Positions 14,083 through 27,942 are shown, numbered from the stretch's first letter. The stretch: 64,000 nucleotides of DNA from Octopus vulgaris (GCA_951406725.2 OX597825.1:69192001-69256000); one strand, 5' to 3'. The notes: generated by a model not told the origin, from the letters alone. Made by a program: numbers and translations.

Positions 14083-14440
14083 ATGTATGTATATCTATAT
14101 ATGTATTTGTATCCATATGTGTATCACACCTAAAAGTTGTTCAAAGTTTTCAACTTTATTACTGTATAGTATGAGTAGTTTGCAGAAGATATGTTACAAT
14201 AAGATTAAAATACGATTAAAACATATTTTTATAATTAATTGTAGTCGTCGTCGTGTGAGTAGCATCTGTATAAAATTTTTCTTTCGAAAGCAATTTAAAG
14301 AACGTGAAATTGTATATTAAAAAAGCAGAAGCCAAAAGACAAATTAAAATATTGATTTTGTTACATAAGTTTTAGAAAATATACTTGTATATTTGTGCAT
14401 ACGTATTATATGTCAATATCTATATTCATGTTAATATCTA

Positions 14441-14520
<80 letters not shown>

Positions 14521-14864
14521 TGTATGTATGTATGTATGTATGTATGTATGTATGTATCTTTTTATATATCTATCTGCTTATCTATCAGTATGAATATATA
14601 TATATATACACGTGGAGGCGCGTGGCTTAGTGGTTAGGGTGTCAGCGTCATGATCGTAAGATTGTGGTTCGATTCCTGGACTGTGCGACGCGTTGTATTC
14701 TTCAGCAAAACACTTCATTTCACGTTGCTCCAGTCCACTCAGCTGGCAAAAATGATCAACGCTGAGATGGACTGGCGTCGCGTCCAGCTGGGGAACACAT
14801 ACGCCATTAAAACCGGGAAACCGGGCCCATGAGCCTGGCTAGGCTTTAAAAGGACGCATATATA

Positions 14865-15249
14865 TCTCTCTATATATAAACGGCAGTTTGTCTGTGCGTG
14901 TTTCTGTGTGTCTGTTTGCTTGTACCCTCACCCTGACCACGGCTTTCAACCGATTCTGATGAAACTTGACACACACATAGCCCAATGTCATAATTCAAAA
15001 CTAACGCAGCGAAAATTTTGAAAAGTTTCCCCAGTTCTGAAAAAAATCGATAAATTCGACATGGGGTCGAGAATCAGAAACACGAACCACAAACTGTCTA
15101 GGGGATGCAACTCCACCTTTTTTAAATCTCAAAAAAAAATTTACCATCATTTTTTTCCATTTTTTTGCTATTTTTTGGCTATAACTCTCTAAAAATGCTT
15201 TATAGTTATTTCCCTTACAAACCTGAGCAACGCCGGGCGATACTGCTAG
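14865..15249 (+). mobile_element. Non-autonomous Helitron-like element
   Basis: 5' TC..TATATATAAA, then (GTCT/GT)-rich tract, ACCGATTCTGATGAAACTTG motif, and GC-rich 3' end GAGCAACGCCGGGCGATACTGCTAG followed by T; no TSD seen. Confidence 0.7.
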
Positions 15250-15496
15250 TATATACATACACACACAAATGTTTTTCCGAACATACGTGTGTGTGTATGC
15301 GTAATTACAGTGCTTGAGAACACTGCAAGCCAAAAGTTTGATATAAGAAAAGTCAAATTAAATGATTGGAAACAAACCCACCACGCATATTCGTACACAA
15401 GTACAGTTACACGCATACAGCTGTATTTATCCAGCATATATCACCTATGTGTGTATGTCTATATATACCTATATATATATATATATATATATATAT

Positions 15497-15889
15497 GTGG
15501 CTGTATGGTAAGTAGCTTGCTTACCAACCAAATGGTTCCGGGTTCAGTCCCACTGCGTGGCACCTTGGGCAAGTGTCTTCTACTATAGCCTCGGGCCGAC
15601 CAAAGCCTTGTGAGTGGATTTGGTAGACGGAAACTGAAAGAAGCCCGTCGAATATATGTATATATGTATATATGTGTGCGTGTATGTTTGTGTGTCTGTG
15701 TTTGGCCCCCTAGCATTGCTTGACAACCGATGCTGGTGTGTTTACATCCCCCGTCACTTAGCGGTTCGGCAAAAGAGACCGATAGAATAAGTACTGGGCT
15801 TACAAAGAATAAGTCCCGGGGTCGAGTTGCTCGACTAAAGGCGGTGCTCCAGCATGGGCGCAGTCAAGTGACTGAAACAAGTAAAAGAG

Positions 15890-15920
<31 letters not shown>

Positions 15921-16363
15921 GTGTGTGTGTGTGTGTCTATATATATATATATAGGTGCAGGAGTGGCATTGTGGTATTTTGCTTCTTACCCACCACATGG
16001 TTCCTGGTTGAGTTCCACTTCGTGGCCCTTTGAGCAAGTGTCTTCTATAATAGCCTCGGGTCGACCTGGGCCTTGTGAGTGGATTTGGTTGACGGAAACT
16101 GAAAGAAGACCGTCGTATATATATATAGATATTTGTATGTGTGTGTATGTGTTGTTAGTGTGTCTGTGTTTGTACCCACCAACATCGCTTGACAAACGAT
16201 GTTGGTGTGTTTATGTCCTCGTATCTTAGCGGTTTGGCAAAAAAAATCTGATAGAATAAATAGGAGGCTTACAAAGAATAAGTCTTGGGGTTGATTTGTT
16301 CGACTAAAGGTGGTGCTCCAGCACGGCCGAAGTCAAACGACTGAAACAAATAAAAGAATAAAA
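15497..16363 (+). mobile_element. Two adjacent SINE family A copies (15497-15890, 15953-16363)
   Basis: Young copy followed by a more diverged copy. Confidence 0.85.
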
Positions 16364-16449
16364 GATTACATATATGTATATATATATACGTTTATATGCG
16401 TGTATGTGTGCATGTATAATGTATATATATCTATACATATATATATAAG

Positions 16450-16492
<43 letters not shown>

Positions 16493-16497
16493 TTATA

Positions 16498-16535
<38 letters not shown>

Positions 16536-17348
16536 CATACATACATACATAGATACATACATACATACATACATACATACATACATACATACATACATAC
16601 ATGCATTCATACATATATACATACATATATATATACTTACACACACACATGCACACACATCCGTCCATATGCCAGTCATGATTTTCACAACAAGCATTTT
16701 GACAACGTGGGTTATCTTATGACAGTTGTCAGATTCATTCGTGAGTTTATTTGAAAACCAGTCTGTCTTTGAATGAGCGCATGTTGTGAAAGAAAGTGAA
16801 AATAGACAGAGGTCAGAAGAATGTACAAAGAAGGAGAGAGAAAGAAAAAAAATAGAGGAAGATATATATATATATATAGAGAGAGAGAGTGCGGCGGGAA
16901 GGGGTAGGAGGGAAAGAGAGAAAGAAAGAGGGTGATCGGATGAGTCATAAAAGATACTCACAAACATATGTGGAAGCACTCCGTCGGTTACGACGATGAG
17001 GGTTCCAGTTGATCCGAATCAACGGAACAGCCTGCTCGTGAAATTAACGTATAAGTGGCTGAGCACTCCACAGACACGTGCACCCTTAACGTAGTTCTCG
17101 GGGATATTCAGCGTCCGTCAGTTTTTTCTTAAGCTCTGTGAAAGAACTCGATTGGTTGATCCTCTACCCAGACCCTTCGCGACACCTTTAAAGCTAGAGT
17201 TTTTCAGCGCTCCCTCATATAAACGTAGATGAAACTTACGTCGGTAATTGCTTTCAAAATATGTGACTTAACTCGAAAAAGAACGGAAAACTAAACGACA
17301 TTTAAAAATACTTATTAGCTTATTAATAAATATTCTGTACATATTACG

Positions 17349-17573
17349 GAGATGTACTTGCATAGCAAGTGATTTGATCTGAGATCGTGTGCTGGAACGA
17401 AAACAATTGCATCGTGGAAAGTGTTTGTAAGCCATGCTAGCACGGATTTTTGTCAGTGAACAGGTCGCGGTCTTAAAGCGTCGAAAATATTTTGACAAAT
17501 TAAACTTAAATGTTGAAGTGAATCGAACGGCCTTTGTGTGTTTCTTAAATGGCTTACAAACACCTTCCACTCT
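17349..17573 (+). mobile_element. Hammerhead-bearing element (same family as 21899-22549) with inverted 5' fragment
   Basis: 17349-17435 is the reverse complement of the family 3' end; the direct part contains the G3-C8 hammerhead. Confidence 0.75.
17449..17499 (+). ncRNA. Type I hammerhead, G3-C8 core variant
   Basis: TTTGTCA GTGAACA G GTCGC GGTCTTAAA GCGTC GAAA ATAT TT TGACAAA; 7 bp stem I; palindromic AAAATATTTT; UUU triplet. Confidence 0.75.
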
Positions 17574-17608
17574 GTACATACTTTCACGTATATTTTATCT
17601 GATCTGTA

Positions 17609-17998
17609 GTGGAGGCGCAATGGCCCAGTGGTTAGGGCAGCGGACTTGAGGTCCGGTCGTAGGATCGCGGTTTCGATTCCCAGACCGGGTGTTGTGAGTG
17701 TTTATTGAGCGAAAACACCTAAAGCTCCACGAGGCTCCGGCAGGGATGGTGGTGATCCCTGCTGTACTCTTTTACCACAACTTTCTCTCACTCTTACTTC
17801 CTGTTTCTGTTGTATCTGTATTTCAAAGGGCCGGCCTTGTCACTCTCTGTGTCACGCTGAATATCCCCGAGAACTACGTTAAGGGTACACGTGTCTGTGG
17901 AGTGCTCAGCCTCTTACACGTTAATTTCACGAGCAGGCTGTTCCGTTGATCGGATCAACCGGAACCCTCGTCGTCGTAACCGACGGAGTGCTTCCACA
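17609..17998 (+). mobile_element. SINE family C head with alternative tail (..CGGAGTGCTTCCACA)
   Basis: Head as at 3321; tail shared with 16970-17113 (-) and 28610-28903 (-). Confidence 0.85.
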
Positions 17999-19050
17999 TT
18001 TGATCTGTCCATTTCAGAATTGATCTTTAGGTGTTTTTTTTTAAATAAAACTTTTATACTTTTAATTGTGTTCGGTGAGACCAACGTAAAATTGGACTAA
18101 TCGATTAAAGCTGAGGCGGATTTTTCCTATTAATTCCTTAAGAAAACGACGTTAAGTCGAAAAAGACGTAACTCGAAATAACATAATTTGAGGTCTGCCT
18201 CTATTTACTATAAAATCTAAGCACTGGTCTATATATGTGTTAAGCGGATCATTAGCTTTCCATTATTGGTGACATATATTCTATAAGGGTGTATATATAT
18301 TTACAGGTATGGCCGGTATTTCTACGTCTACTTATAGTATGGCGACGGTTTCTCAATTGTCCATACCTTGCGGCAAAAAGAATTTAACTTCATCTCGACG
18401 GATCAGGCTTGCTTAATATTTATATGAGCACGTGGTTGTGAATGTGTAGGTCTATGTGTATGCATATACGCATATAAACCATATGTGTATATATGTGCAT
18501 ATGCTAATGGTTATATGGATGACACGCACATACACAAACGCACGCATACACATACATAGATATATGTCTTAAAATATCAATACGCAAATTTCACGTGACT
18601 CTGAGTTACTCATGTAGTATTACAATCGGTTATCATAAAGTATGTATGTTTCCTCATATGCACTGAGTTATATATACATGTGTGTGTGTATGTGTGCGTT
18701 TGTGTATATATATATATCACGTGATCACATGACCGACCAGGCTATCAGATGTTGCTACACATCGCTGGTCACAATGCGTTCGCATTTTTTAGCCTTCGAA
18801 TGACGCCACCCCGCTGGCTAAGCGAGCAGGCCAACAGAAGAAAGAGTGGGAGAAAGAGTGGTGAAAGAGTACAGCAGGGATCACTCGTGGAGCTTTTAGG
18901 TGTTTTCGCTCAATAAACACACACAACGCCCAGTCTGGGAATTGAAACCGCGATCCTACGACCGCGAGTCCACTGCCCTAACCACTGGGCCATTGCGCCT
19001 CCACACACACATACACATATATAACACACACACACACACATACACATATA

Positions 19051-19090
<40 letters not shown>

Positions 19091-19091
<1 letters not shown>

Positions 19092-19260
19092 GGGAGAGTT
19101 TACGAAAAACAAAAGACGAAGACAGGTGGTGTACAAAACAAACAGATATACAAAACAAACGCTCAGGAATTGAAAAATACGCTCTTCTACAGAAAGGGAC
19201 ACAGAAAAAACAAGGAGAGAAACAAGGTGAGAAAAAAATGTGTGTAGTGGCTAACGATGT
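19091..19260 (-). mobile_element. Same family, 3' half of the hammerhead deleted
   Basis: Shares AGGGAGA..TTTAC..AAAACAAAAGACGAAGACA end and GCTCTTCTACAGAAAG; abuts (TA)n. Confidence 0.7.
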
Positions 19261-20097
19261 GTGCATGTCTGTTTGCATGTATAGATGTGCATATAATACT
19301 TATGATATAAGATATATATATATATATATGTGCATCTTATATCGTTTAGGTTTTCTTTCTTTCATTTGCGGCCATGCTGGTGCACCGTCTTGAAGAATTT
19401 TCGGTCGAGGGAATCGAGCAAGCACTCATTTTTGTTAAGCCTGGTGCTTATTGTATCAGTCTCCTTTTGTCGAAGCGCCAATTTATGGGAACGTGGTAGC
19501 GGGAGACACACAAACACATATGATGGGCTTCTTTAAGTTTCCTTCTTGCAAATCCACTCACAAAATTTGATTGGCCCGAGGCTAAGTAGAAGACATTTGC
19601 CCAAGGTATCGTGCAGGAACTGAACCCAAAACCATATGGCTGGGAAGCAAGGTTCTTCCCACACAGCCAGGAAAATTTCATTTTAGATTCTATAAGTCCT
19701 TTCAGGAATGTTGGGTGTCGAAGCAAATAAAGCTATAAAATATAGCGTATAAATATTAGGATAAAATCCTGCTGGATCGAAAAAGTAGATTCCGTATTTT
19801 CTGTTTTATTTTTTCCGCCGCAATGGATTTTAGGAGAACGGATAGAGGAAAATGGATAGATATTTTATTAAAGCAAAATTTCACAGCGTACTATAACCTT
19901 TAATATAACCATTTTTGCCAATATGCATTTCTAAACACCAATCTCATATAAAATAAGATGAATCACAGTGATATCAACAAACAGATAATGTATATTTACA
20001 AGGTTCTTGTTTGCATAGCTGTTTTCTTGTTCCATGAAAATTTATAACAGAAATTATATAACATGTAAGTATATGCTAAAAACAAAACGTACAGATA

Positions 20098-20494
20098 GGC
20101 GCAGGAGTGGCTGTGTGGTAAGTAGCTTGTCTACCAACCACATGGTTCCGGGTTCAGTCCCACTGCGTGGTACCTTGGGCAAGTGTCTTCTACTATAGCC
20201 TCGGGCCGACCAAAGCCTTGTGAGTGGATTTGGTAGACGGAAACTGAAAGAAGCCCGTCGTATATATGTATATATATATATGTGTTTGTGTGTCTGTGTT
20301 TGTCCCCTAGCATTGCTTGATAACCGATGCTGGTGTGTTTATGTCCCCGTTACTTAGCGGTTCGGCAAAAGTGACCGATAGAATAAGTACTGGGCTTACA
20401 AAAGAAGAAGTCCCGGGCTCGAGTTGCTCGATTAAAGGCGGTGCTCCAGCATGGCCGCAGTCAAATGACTGAAACAAGTAAAAGAGTAAAAGAG
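20098..20494 (+). mobile_element. SINE family A
   Basis: Full-length copy. Confidence 0.9.
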
Positions 20495-21039
20495 ATAATT
20501 CGCGCTCATGTCAGACCCGATACTGAAAATCCAACGTCGAAGGAAGGGAGACAGAATCCAAGCAAGAGTTGGCTATAGAAGGTGTATCGTGATCTATCTA
20601 ATTATCCATGTATAATTTTTATGAACGCTCGCTTTCCTGATATTCCTGTTTAAATTTTAGCATTCAGATTACTCTGTGAAGGCGGCGAGCTGGCAGAAAC
20701 GTTAGCACGCCAGGCGTGCTTTCGGGGTCGATGTAATCGACTTGATCTGTTTGTCTGTCCTTGTTTGTCCCCTCTGTGTTTAGCCCCTTGTGGGTAGTAA
20801 AGAAATAGGTATTTCGTCTGTCTTTACGTTCCGAGTTCAAATTCCGCCGAGGTCGACTTTGCCTAACATCCTTTCTGGGTCGAAAAATTAAGTACCAGTT
20901 ACGCACTGGGGTCGATATAATCGACTTAATCCGTTTGTCTGTCCTTGTTTGTCCCCTCTATGTTTAGCTAAGTTACGGGGACGTAAACACACTAGCATGT
21001 TGTGGGGACAAACACTGACACAGAAATACACATACACAC

Positions 21040-21094
<55 letters not shown>

Positions 21095-22186
21095 TATCTA
21101 CGGCGGGCTTCTTTCAGTTTCCGTCTACCTCGCGCCTAGAATAGGATTTTTTAAACAACGAATGCCTAGGCTGGTTCATCCGAGTAAAACAGGAATCGAA
21201 CGAATCAATCCCAGTACTTTTGTCAAGTGTCTAAGTTACGGGGACGTAAACAAACCAACAGCAGTTGTCAAGCAATGCAGAGAGACAAACCAATATATTG
21301 ACACACACAGATACACTTACACACGCACACACACACACACACACACCATACACTGCCCACCTCCAAATATATATTTATATATACGATGGGCTTCTTTCAG
21401 TTTCCATCTACTGAACCCTGGCAAGGAAACATGCGTTTGAGAAGCAAACTTTTCACCACGTAGCCACGCATGCACCTTTATTTATTATTTCATTAATCTA
21501 CAGAGCTGTTGTAGAACCGTTGGAAATTCTGATGTAATCCTGTGTTCTTTACAGAAATCAATTGATTTGGTTCCGACTGCTTTGATGCCAGCTGTAAGTG
21601 TGCAAGAGAGCTCTTGACAATTTCCATATGCTAACGCCGCTTGAAGCAGAATACATTCGATAATCATTCAAAATGCTAGAAATAACAATAGAACATCCTA
21701 CCGCTTACACCCGCTTATCTAATAACAGGAAGGACACGTTGGTTCATATCGTCCAAAAAAATACTATGTCTGGAATAGCGCAAGAATACTGTACGGAGTG
21801 GGATGCGGAGGGATGCTGAACAGTTCCTGGTTTTGGGTAAAAGAATATACAAGAGGATAAGTTAATTACGATTTTATTTAACATACTCTTTTCTTAGACA
21901 ATTGCAGCGTGGAAGGTGTTCGTATGACAGGGTGCTGAAAAGTTCCTGGCTTTCAGAGTATTGTGAAAGGCCTGGCTGGAGGCTCAAACTTCTTAATTCT
22001 TTGACAGGGCTTAGAAAAACCGCTGCAATCAGTGTGTGAATCTAAGAAAAGAGATGTATTTGCATAGCAAGTGACCTGATCTGAGATCGTGTGCTGGAAC
22101 GAAAACAATTGCAGCGTGGAAGGTGTTTATAAGCCATTTAAGAAACACACAAAAACCGTTAGATTCACTTCAACATTTAAATATAA

Positions 22187-22237
22187 TTTGCCAAAATATT
22201 TTCGTTGCTTTGAGACCGCGACCTGTTCACTGACAAA
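22187..22237 (-). ncRNA. Type I hammerhead, G3-C8 core variant (inverted copy)
   Basis: TTTGTCA GTGAACA G GTCGC..GCAAC GAAA ATAT TT TGGCAAA. Confidence 0.72.
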
Positions 22238-22249
22238 ATTCCGTGCTGC

Positions 22250-22338
<89 letters not shown>

Positions 22339-22364
22339 GGCGCTGGCGTGATGCAGCACGGAAC

Positions 22365-22415
22365 TTTGCCAGTGAACAGGTCTCGGTCTCAAAGCGACGA
22401 AAATATTTTGGCAAA
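22365..22415 (+). ncRNA. Type I hammerhead, G3-C8 core variant
   Basis: TTTGCCA GTGAACA G GTCTC..GCGAC GAAA ATAT TT TGGCAAA; stem I covaries with the 17449 copy. Confidence 0.75.
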
Positions 22416-23049
22416 TTATATTTAAATGTTGAAGTGAATCTAACGGTTTTTGTGTGTTTCTTAAATGGCTTATAAAACACCTTCCACGCTGCAATTGTTT
22501 TCGTTCCAACACACGATCTCAGATCAGGTCACTTGCTATGCAAGTACATCTCTTTTCTTAGATTCACACACTTATTGCAGCGGCTTTTCTAAGCCCTGTA
22601 AAAGAATTAAGAAGTTTGAGCCTCCAGCCAGGCCTTTCACAATACTCTGAAAGCCAGGAACTTTTCAGCACCCTGTCATACGATTTTTGATGATTGATCG
22701 GTTGGATCACGTGTTAGTAAGGGTTAAGTGGTTACAACAGCAACAATCCATAAGGCACAGTTTAGATGCATTTATTTGAAAACTGGTGAACTTGGCTGTT
22801 AGATTTTCTATATCATCGCTACTACATTATGTCCGGTTTACTTGCAGGAAAATTGGAATAGCAGTGATGAATTACAAACCATTGATCTCTGTGTATCTGT
22901 CTGAGTGAGTCACTCGCTTTCGATGTCCGAATCGAATATGTTTGAATGTTCTAGATTTATCTCTTAGGTAGAAAACGAAAAGCAGCGAATATAATATTGT
23001 TCGTTACCCCGCTCCGCCAGGCTGGACCTGATTGGACAAACGTAATATC

Positions 23050-23470
23050 TATTTCTTTACTACCCAGAAGGGGCTAAACACAGAGCGGGGACAAACAAGG
23101 ACAGACAAACGGATTAAGTCGATTATATCGACCTCAGTGTGTAACTGGTACTTATTTAATCGACCCCGAAAGGGATGAAAGGCAAAGTCGACCTCGGCGG
23201 AATTTGAACTCAGAACATAACGGCAGACGAAATACCTATTTCTTTACTACCCACAAGGGGCTAAACACAGAGGGGGGACAAACAAGGACAGACAAACGGA
23301 TTAAGTCGATTATATCGACCCCAGTGCGTAACTGGTACTTATTTAATCGACCCCGAAAGGATGAAAGGCACAGTCTACCTCGGCGGAATTTGAACTCAGA
23401 ACGTAGCGGCAGACGAAATACTGCTAAGCATTTCACCCGGCGTGCTAACGATTCTGCCAGCTCGCCGCCT
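23050..23470 (-). mobile_element. SINE family B, 1.8-mer inside one 21 bp TSD
   Basis: TGATTGGACAAACGTAATATC at 23029-23049 and 23472-23492. Confidence 0.9.
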
Positions 23471-24226
23471 TTGATTGGACAAACGTAATATCAAAGATGT
23501 TCCATATGAAGTCATTATGTTATTTTCGTATATTTTACGAGCCCAAAGTCATATGATCCGAATGTCATTTCTCTAAAACAACAGGATACAATAAGAGACA
23601 GATTTAGCCACTGTTTCTTGTATCAAGTAACCGTATACCGAATCCTTTAATGCTTCGAGTTATCCTGGTTCTCCGAGAATAATAAACTACAGTAGAATGA
23701 AATTAAAATGATATATTAAAGCATATAATTGGGCGTAACGATAACGAGGATCCAGTTGTCTCTCTACCGATCTGTAAATATTACAAGAGAATGGATTGTA
23801 GAAAAGAATACCTGAAGGGTCGGCCAGATGGGATGCGTGCTATCAGATTCACAAGGTTTAGAGAGACCCGAGGGTATGCTACAGGGCTCTGACTTAATAT
23901 ACGTTGCAGCGGAGTCGAAACAAGTGATTGCTAATGACAGATATAAACCTAAAGGCTAACACGGCTCCAGAAGAATAGTGTAACACAATTTCTCTTATAA
24001 TATTACGTACTCTAACTAATATGAAGACAGTAAATTGTTCTCAAGAAAAATTCTTAGTGGTTGAGACCACTGCGGATCTATTTTTAGCGTAAGAGCGTCC
24101 ACGTAGTGGATTCTCTCTCATATTTGTGTATTAATATTTACTGAATCTCAGTCTTTTATGCGCTAAACCACTTGGTGTTAAATTGATGTTATTAAATTAA
24201 TATCCAATTTTTTCACCCTTATTTTG

Positions 24227-24279
<53 letters not shown>

Positions 24280-24422
24280 CTGCTGTTGGCAAATACCCTG
24301 AAACATGTCTGCATATGCCTTTTCGACGGTTATAATGGACACAGGTTCGTGTCATATAGCTAGCTAGAGGCGATGGTCTCTTGGAGCTAATCAACAGCAG
24401 CTTTCGTTCTATATTCATGGAC

Positions 24423-24461
<39 letters not shown>

Positions 24462-24521
24462 CAAAATAAGGGTGTCTGTCTGTCTGTCTGTCTCTCTTTC
24501 TCTGTCTCTCTCTCTCTCTCT

Positions 24522-24606
<85 letters not shown>

Positions 24607-24940
24607 GTGGGACTAAAACATACCAGATCGACAAAGACAAAACGTGAAAAATAATGAGACTCAGAGGCAACAGGCAAAAAAATAATACATGGAGTCAGAG
24701 AGAAAGATAAGATCCATGGCTGGAGAAGGATGAGAATATAAAGCAAGAAAAGAAGACAATGGGAGAATTAGACAAGGAAAATAAATGCGCAACTGGAAAA
24801 AACAGAAGAGAATTTAACATTCCAGATGAGATCATTCATGAAATGGAAGGAAAAGAAATAAGAGACGCGAGAAGAAAGGAAAATACACGATATCGAATTT
24901 ACGGCTTTTGTTATATTCCAGGCCTTGCAACACACACGCG

Positions 24941-24978
<38 letters not shown>

Positions 24979-25143
24979 TATATATATATACGTGTGTATG
25001 TGCGTATGTGTATGTGTATGTGTGTATGCATATATATATGTATGAGTGTGTGTGTTTGTGTGTCTATGTGCATGTGTGAGTATGCGCTTATACAAGTGTA
25101 TATATGTACGTATGTAAAATGACTAGGTGTGTGATAGACTGAA

Positions 25144-25226
<83 letters not shown>

Positions 25227-26864
25227 TTAGAGAGAGATAGAGATAGATAGATAGATAGATATATATATATAGAGAGAGAGGGAGAGAGCCAGCGTTAGAG
25301 AAACAGCAATCAAAGAAAGGTGACATGGAGGAAATAAATGACGTACCTCGAGTGTGTTTCTATATACTTACGCGCGAATAGAAAAAGCCCTCACACGCAA
25401 ACACATGCACACACGAGTACACACATGCAAACACACACGAACAGACATGTGCGCATGCACACACACACAGACACATAGACACACACACGCGCAAGCAATT
25501 CAATATCAGATGGGAACGTTTTTAACGTTATATTTATCATGCAATTTCGTTTAAACACATTTGGTCGCTTGACATTCCCCCTAATAACATGTCTTAATTA
25601 ACATCATATATTAACCGACTTAACGGCTACCATCTTAAATATATATATATATATACCGTTTGTAATTTGCAGGTTAATACATACTCTACCTGCAAACAAA
25701 GTGAAACACCTGTCAAAGGATAACCTTTGTTGCTGCGCCTGTTAAAATGCCTAGTAGTGTTTCTTCCAACTCTACGTTCTGAGTTCAAATGCGTCTGAGG
25801 TCGATTTTATCTTTCATTCTTTCGGGGTTGATAAAATAGAACTCAGTTGAGTACTGGCATTGAAATTATCGACTTACCTCTCCCTTGAAATTGCTGGCCT
25901 CGTGCCACAATTTGAAACCATTTTGAACGGGTAGAATCAATGCAGCGTCGTACAAAATTGTTCAGCAATATTTCTTTCCGCTCTTTACGTTTTCAGTTCA
26001 AACGCTACCGAGGCCGATAGAATAAGTATAAGTAGAGATCTGGAGTCGCTGTAATCGGCGTTCCCCTGCCCTCAGAAATTACTGGCATTGTGTCAAAATT
26101 AGAAAGAAATATATAAAGTACATTATATATTTCTTTACTGCCCACAAGGGGCTAAACATAGAGGGGACAAACAAGGACAGAGAAAGGGATTAAGTACATT
26201 ACATCGACTCCAGTGCGTAACTGGTACTTAATTTATCGACCCCGAAAGGATGAAATGCAAAGTCGACCCCGGCGGAATTTGAACTCAGAACGTAACGGCA
26301 GACGAAATACCACTAAGCATTTCACCTAACGTACATTATAGCCCTTAACTGAGTTCGAATCCTCCTGATGCCGACTTTGCATTTCTCTATTTCGACCTCA
26401 GTAAACGAGTAATTAAATAAATATAACGCTCTGGGGTTTTGTTTAATCGATCATACCCTTTACCTCAAATGTAATGTCTTGTGACAATATCAGAAATCAA
26501 TATATAAAGTAATTAAGACATTCATCTATAATTATTGCAATTGTTTGATCAGCTAACCGATAGAACTAAGCACGCATTTAATTAAAATGAAAGTTGGCTG
26601 ATTTGAGTTTTTCCACCTAGGTGAGTGACATAATATTCATGCAGAATGTAACTTGTGTTTTATGGAAAATAATTGAGTATTTTACAAACATCAATAATCT
26701 AAAGGAATTCACGAAAAAATTTTCTGCGACATAACTGTATTCTTTATAGTACCAGATCAATAATCCGGCAAGGTTGAGATCAGAAGTTGCTTGGATTCCT
26801 GGAATTCCCTATATATATATATATATATATAACTGTAAATGTAATGTGTGGTAATTATTCGGTA

Positions 26865-26934
26865 GCCAAGATAAAACTCTGAGTTTCGGATGCCGAGCTG
26901 GAAATCCACGCCGCCATCTCTTCAGTTATCCGGC
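26865..26934 (-). ncRNA. Type I hammerhead with long stems I and II
   Basis: GCCGGATAA CTGAAGA GATGGCGGCGTGGATTTCCAGCTCGGCATC C GAAA CTC A GAG TT TTATCTTGGC; element ends in (TA)n at ~26830. Confidence 0.8.
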
Positions 26935-27270
26935 CATGGGAAAAATGCTATGAAAAACGACCGTCATACAAAGGGAAGGCACATAGCCTAGTGGTTAGAG
27001 CAGCGGATTTGCGGTCGAGGGACCGCGGGTTCGAATCTCAGACCGGGCCATGTGTGTGTTTATGAGCGAAACACCTAAACTACACGCGGCTCCGGCAGAA
27101 GGTAATGGCGAACTTCTGCTGACTCTTTCGCCACAACTTTCTCTTACTCTTTCTTCCTGCATCTTGCAGCTCACCTGCGACGGACCGGCGTCCAGTCCAG
27201 GTGGGGAACCTATACAGCAAGGAAATCGCGAAACCGACCCTATGAGCCAGGCGTGATTCGAGAAGGAATA

Positions 27271-27317
<47 letters not shown>

Positions 27318-27942
27318 AAAATAAATTATCAAAATGAAAGAACTAAATTAAGGAACTAAATTGTATTTAAGAAAACCAAATTAATGATTTCAAATTTTGG
27401 CACAAAGCCTGCTATTTCGGGGAGGGGATAAAAAGGCAAAGTCGATATCGGTGATATTTGATTTCAGAGCGTGAATACGGACGAAATACCGCTAAGCATT
27501 TTATCCGGCATACTAAAGATTCCGCCAGCTGGCTGCTTAAAAATAGTGATTTAAAATTTTGACACGATTTTGCCATCTTACTGTCTTGCACAGACTTAAA
27601 TTAATGCATGCCTAAAACAGGTTGATTGATGCTTATTCTTCCACTTAAAATTCTCAAAATATATCATACTTGACCTTCAATGCTGCTTAATATTTATAGG
27701 ATAACAATTAATTGGAGTAGTTTAGCAGATGCAGATATAAATAAAATTCTCATGTAGAAAATCTTTAATCGTCATCAATCCACACATAGCGGTAAAGGAG
27801 AAAAGTATTTTTAATATAGACGCTGGCATAGCTGTGTGGTAAGAAGCATGCGACCCAACCGCGTGGTTTCGAGTTCTATAGCCGCGGGTCGACCAAAGCC
27901 TTATAAGTGGATTTGGTACAGTCGTATATATAATATACATGT

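Larger units (their letters stand above)
21805..22682. mobile_element. Mariner-like MITE interrupted by a fold-back hammerhead element
   Basis: Termini GGGATGCTGAACAGTTCCTGGTTTT (~21810) and AAAGCCAGGAACTTTTCAGCACCCTG (~22675); split at the duplicated CTCTTTTCTTAGA (21886-21898 and 22550-22562). Confidence 0.65.

Noticed and set aside
14956-14966. CTGATGAAAC resembling a hammerhead core
   Set aside because: No stem II between CTGATGA and GAAA; it is an internal motif of the Helitron-like element
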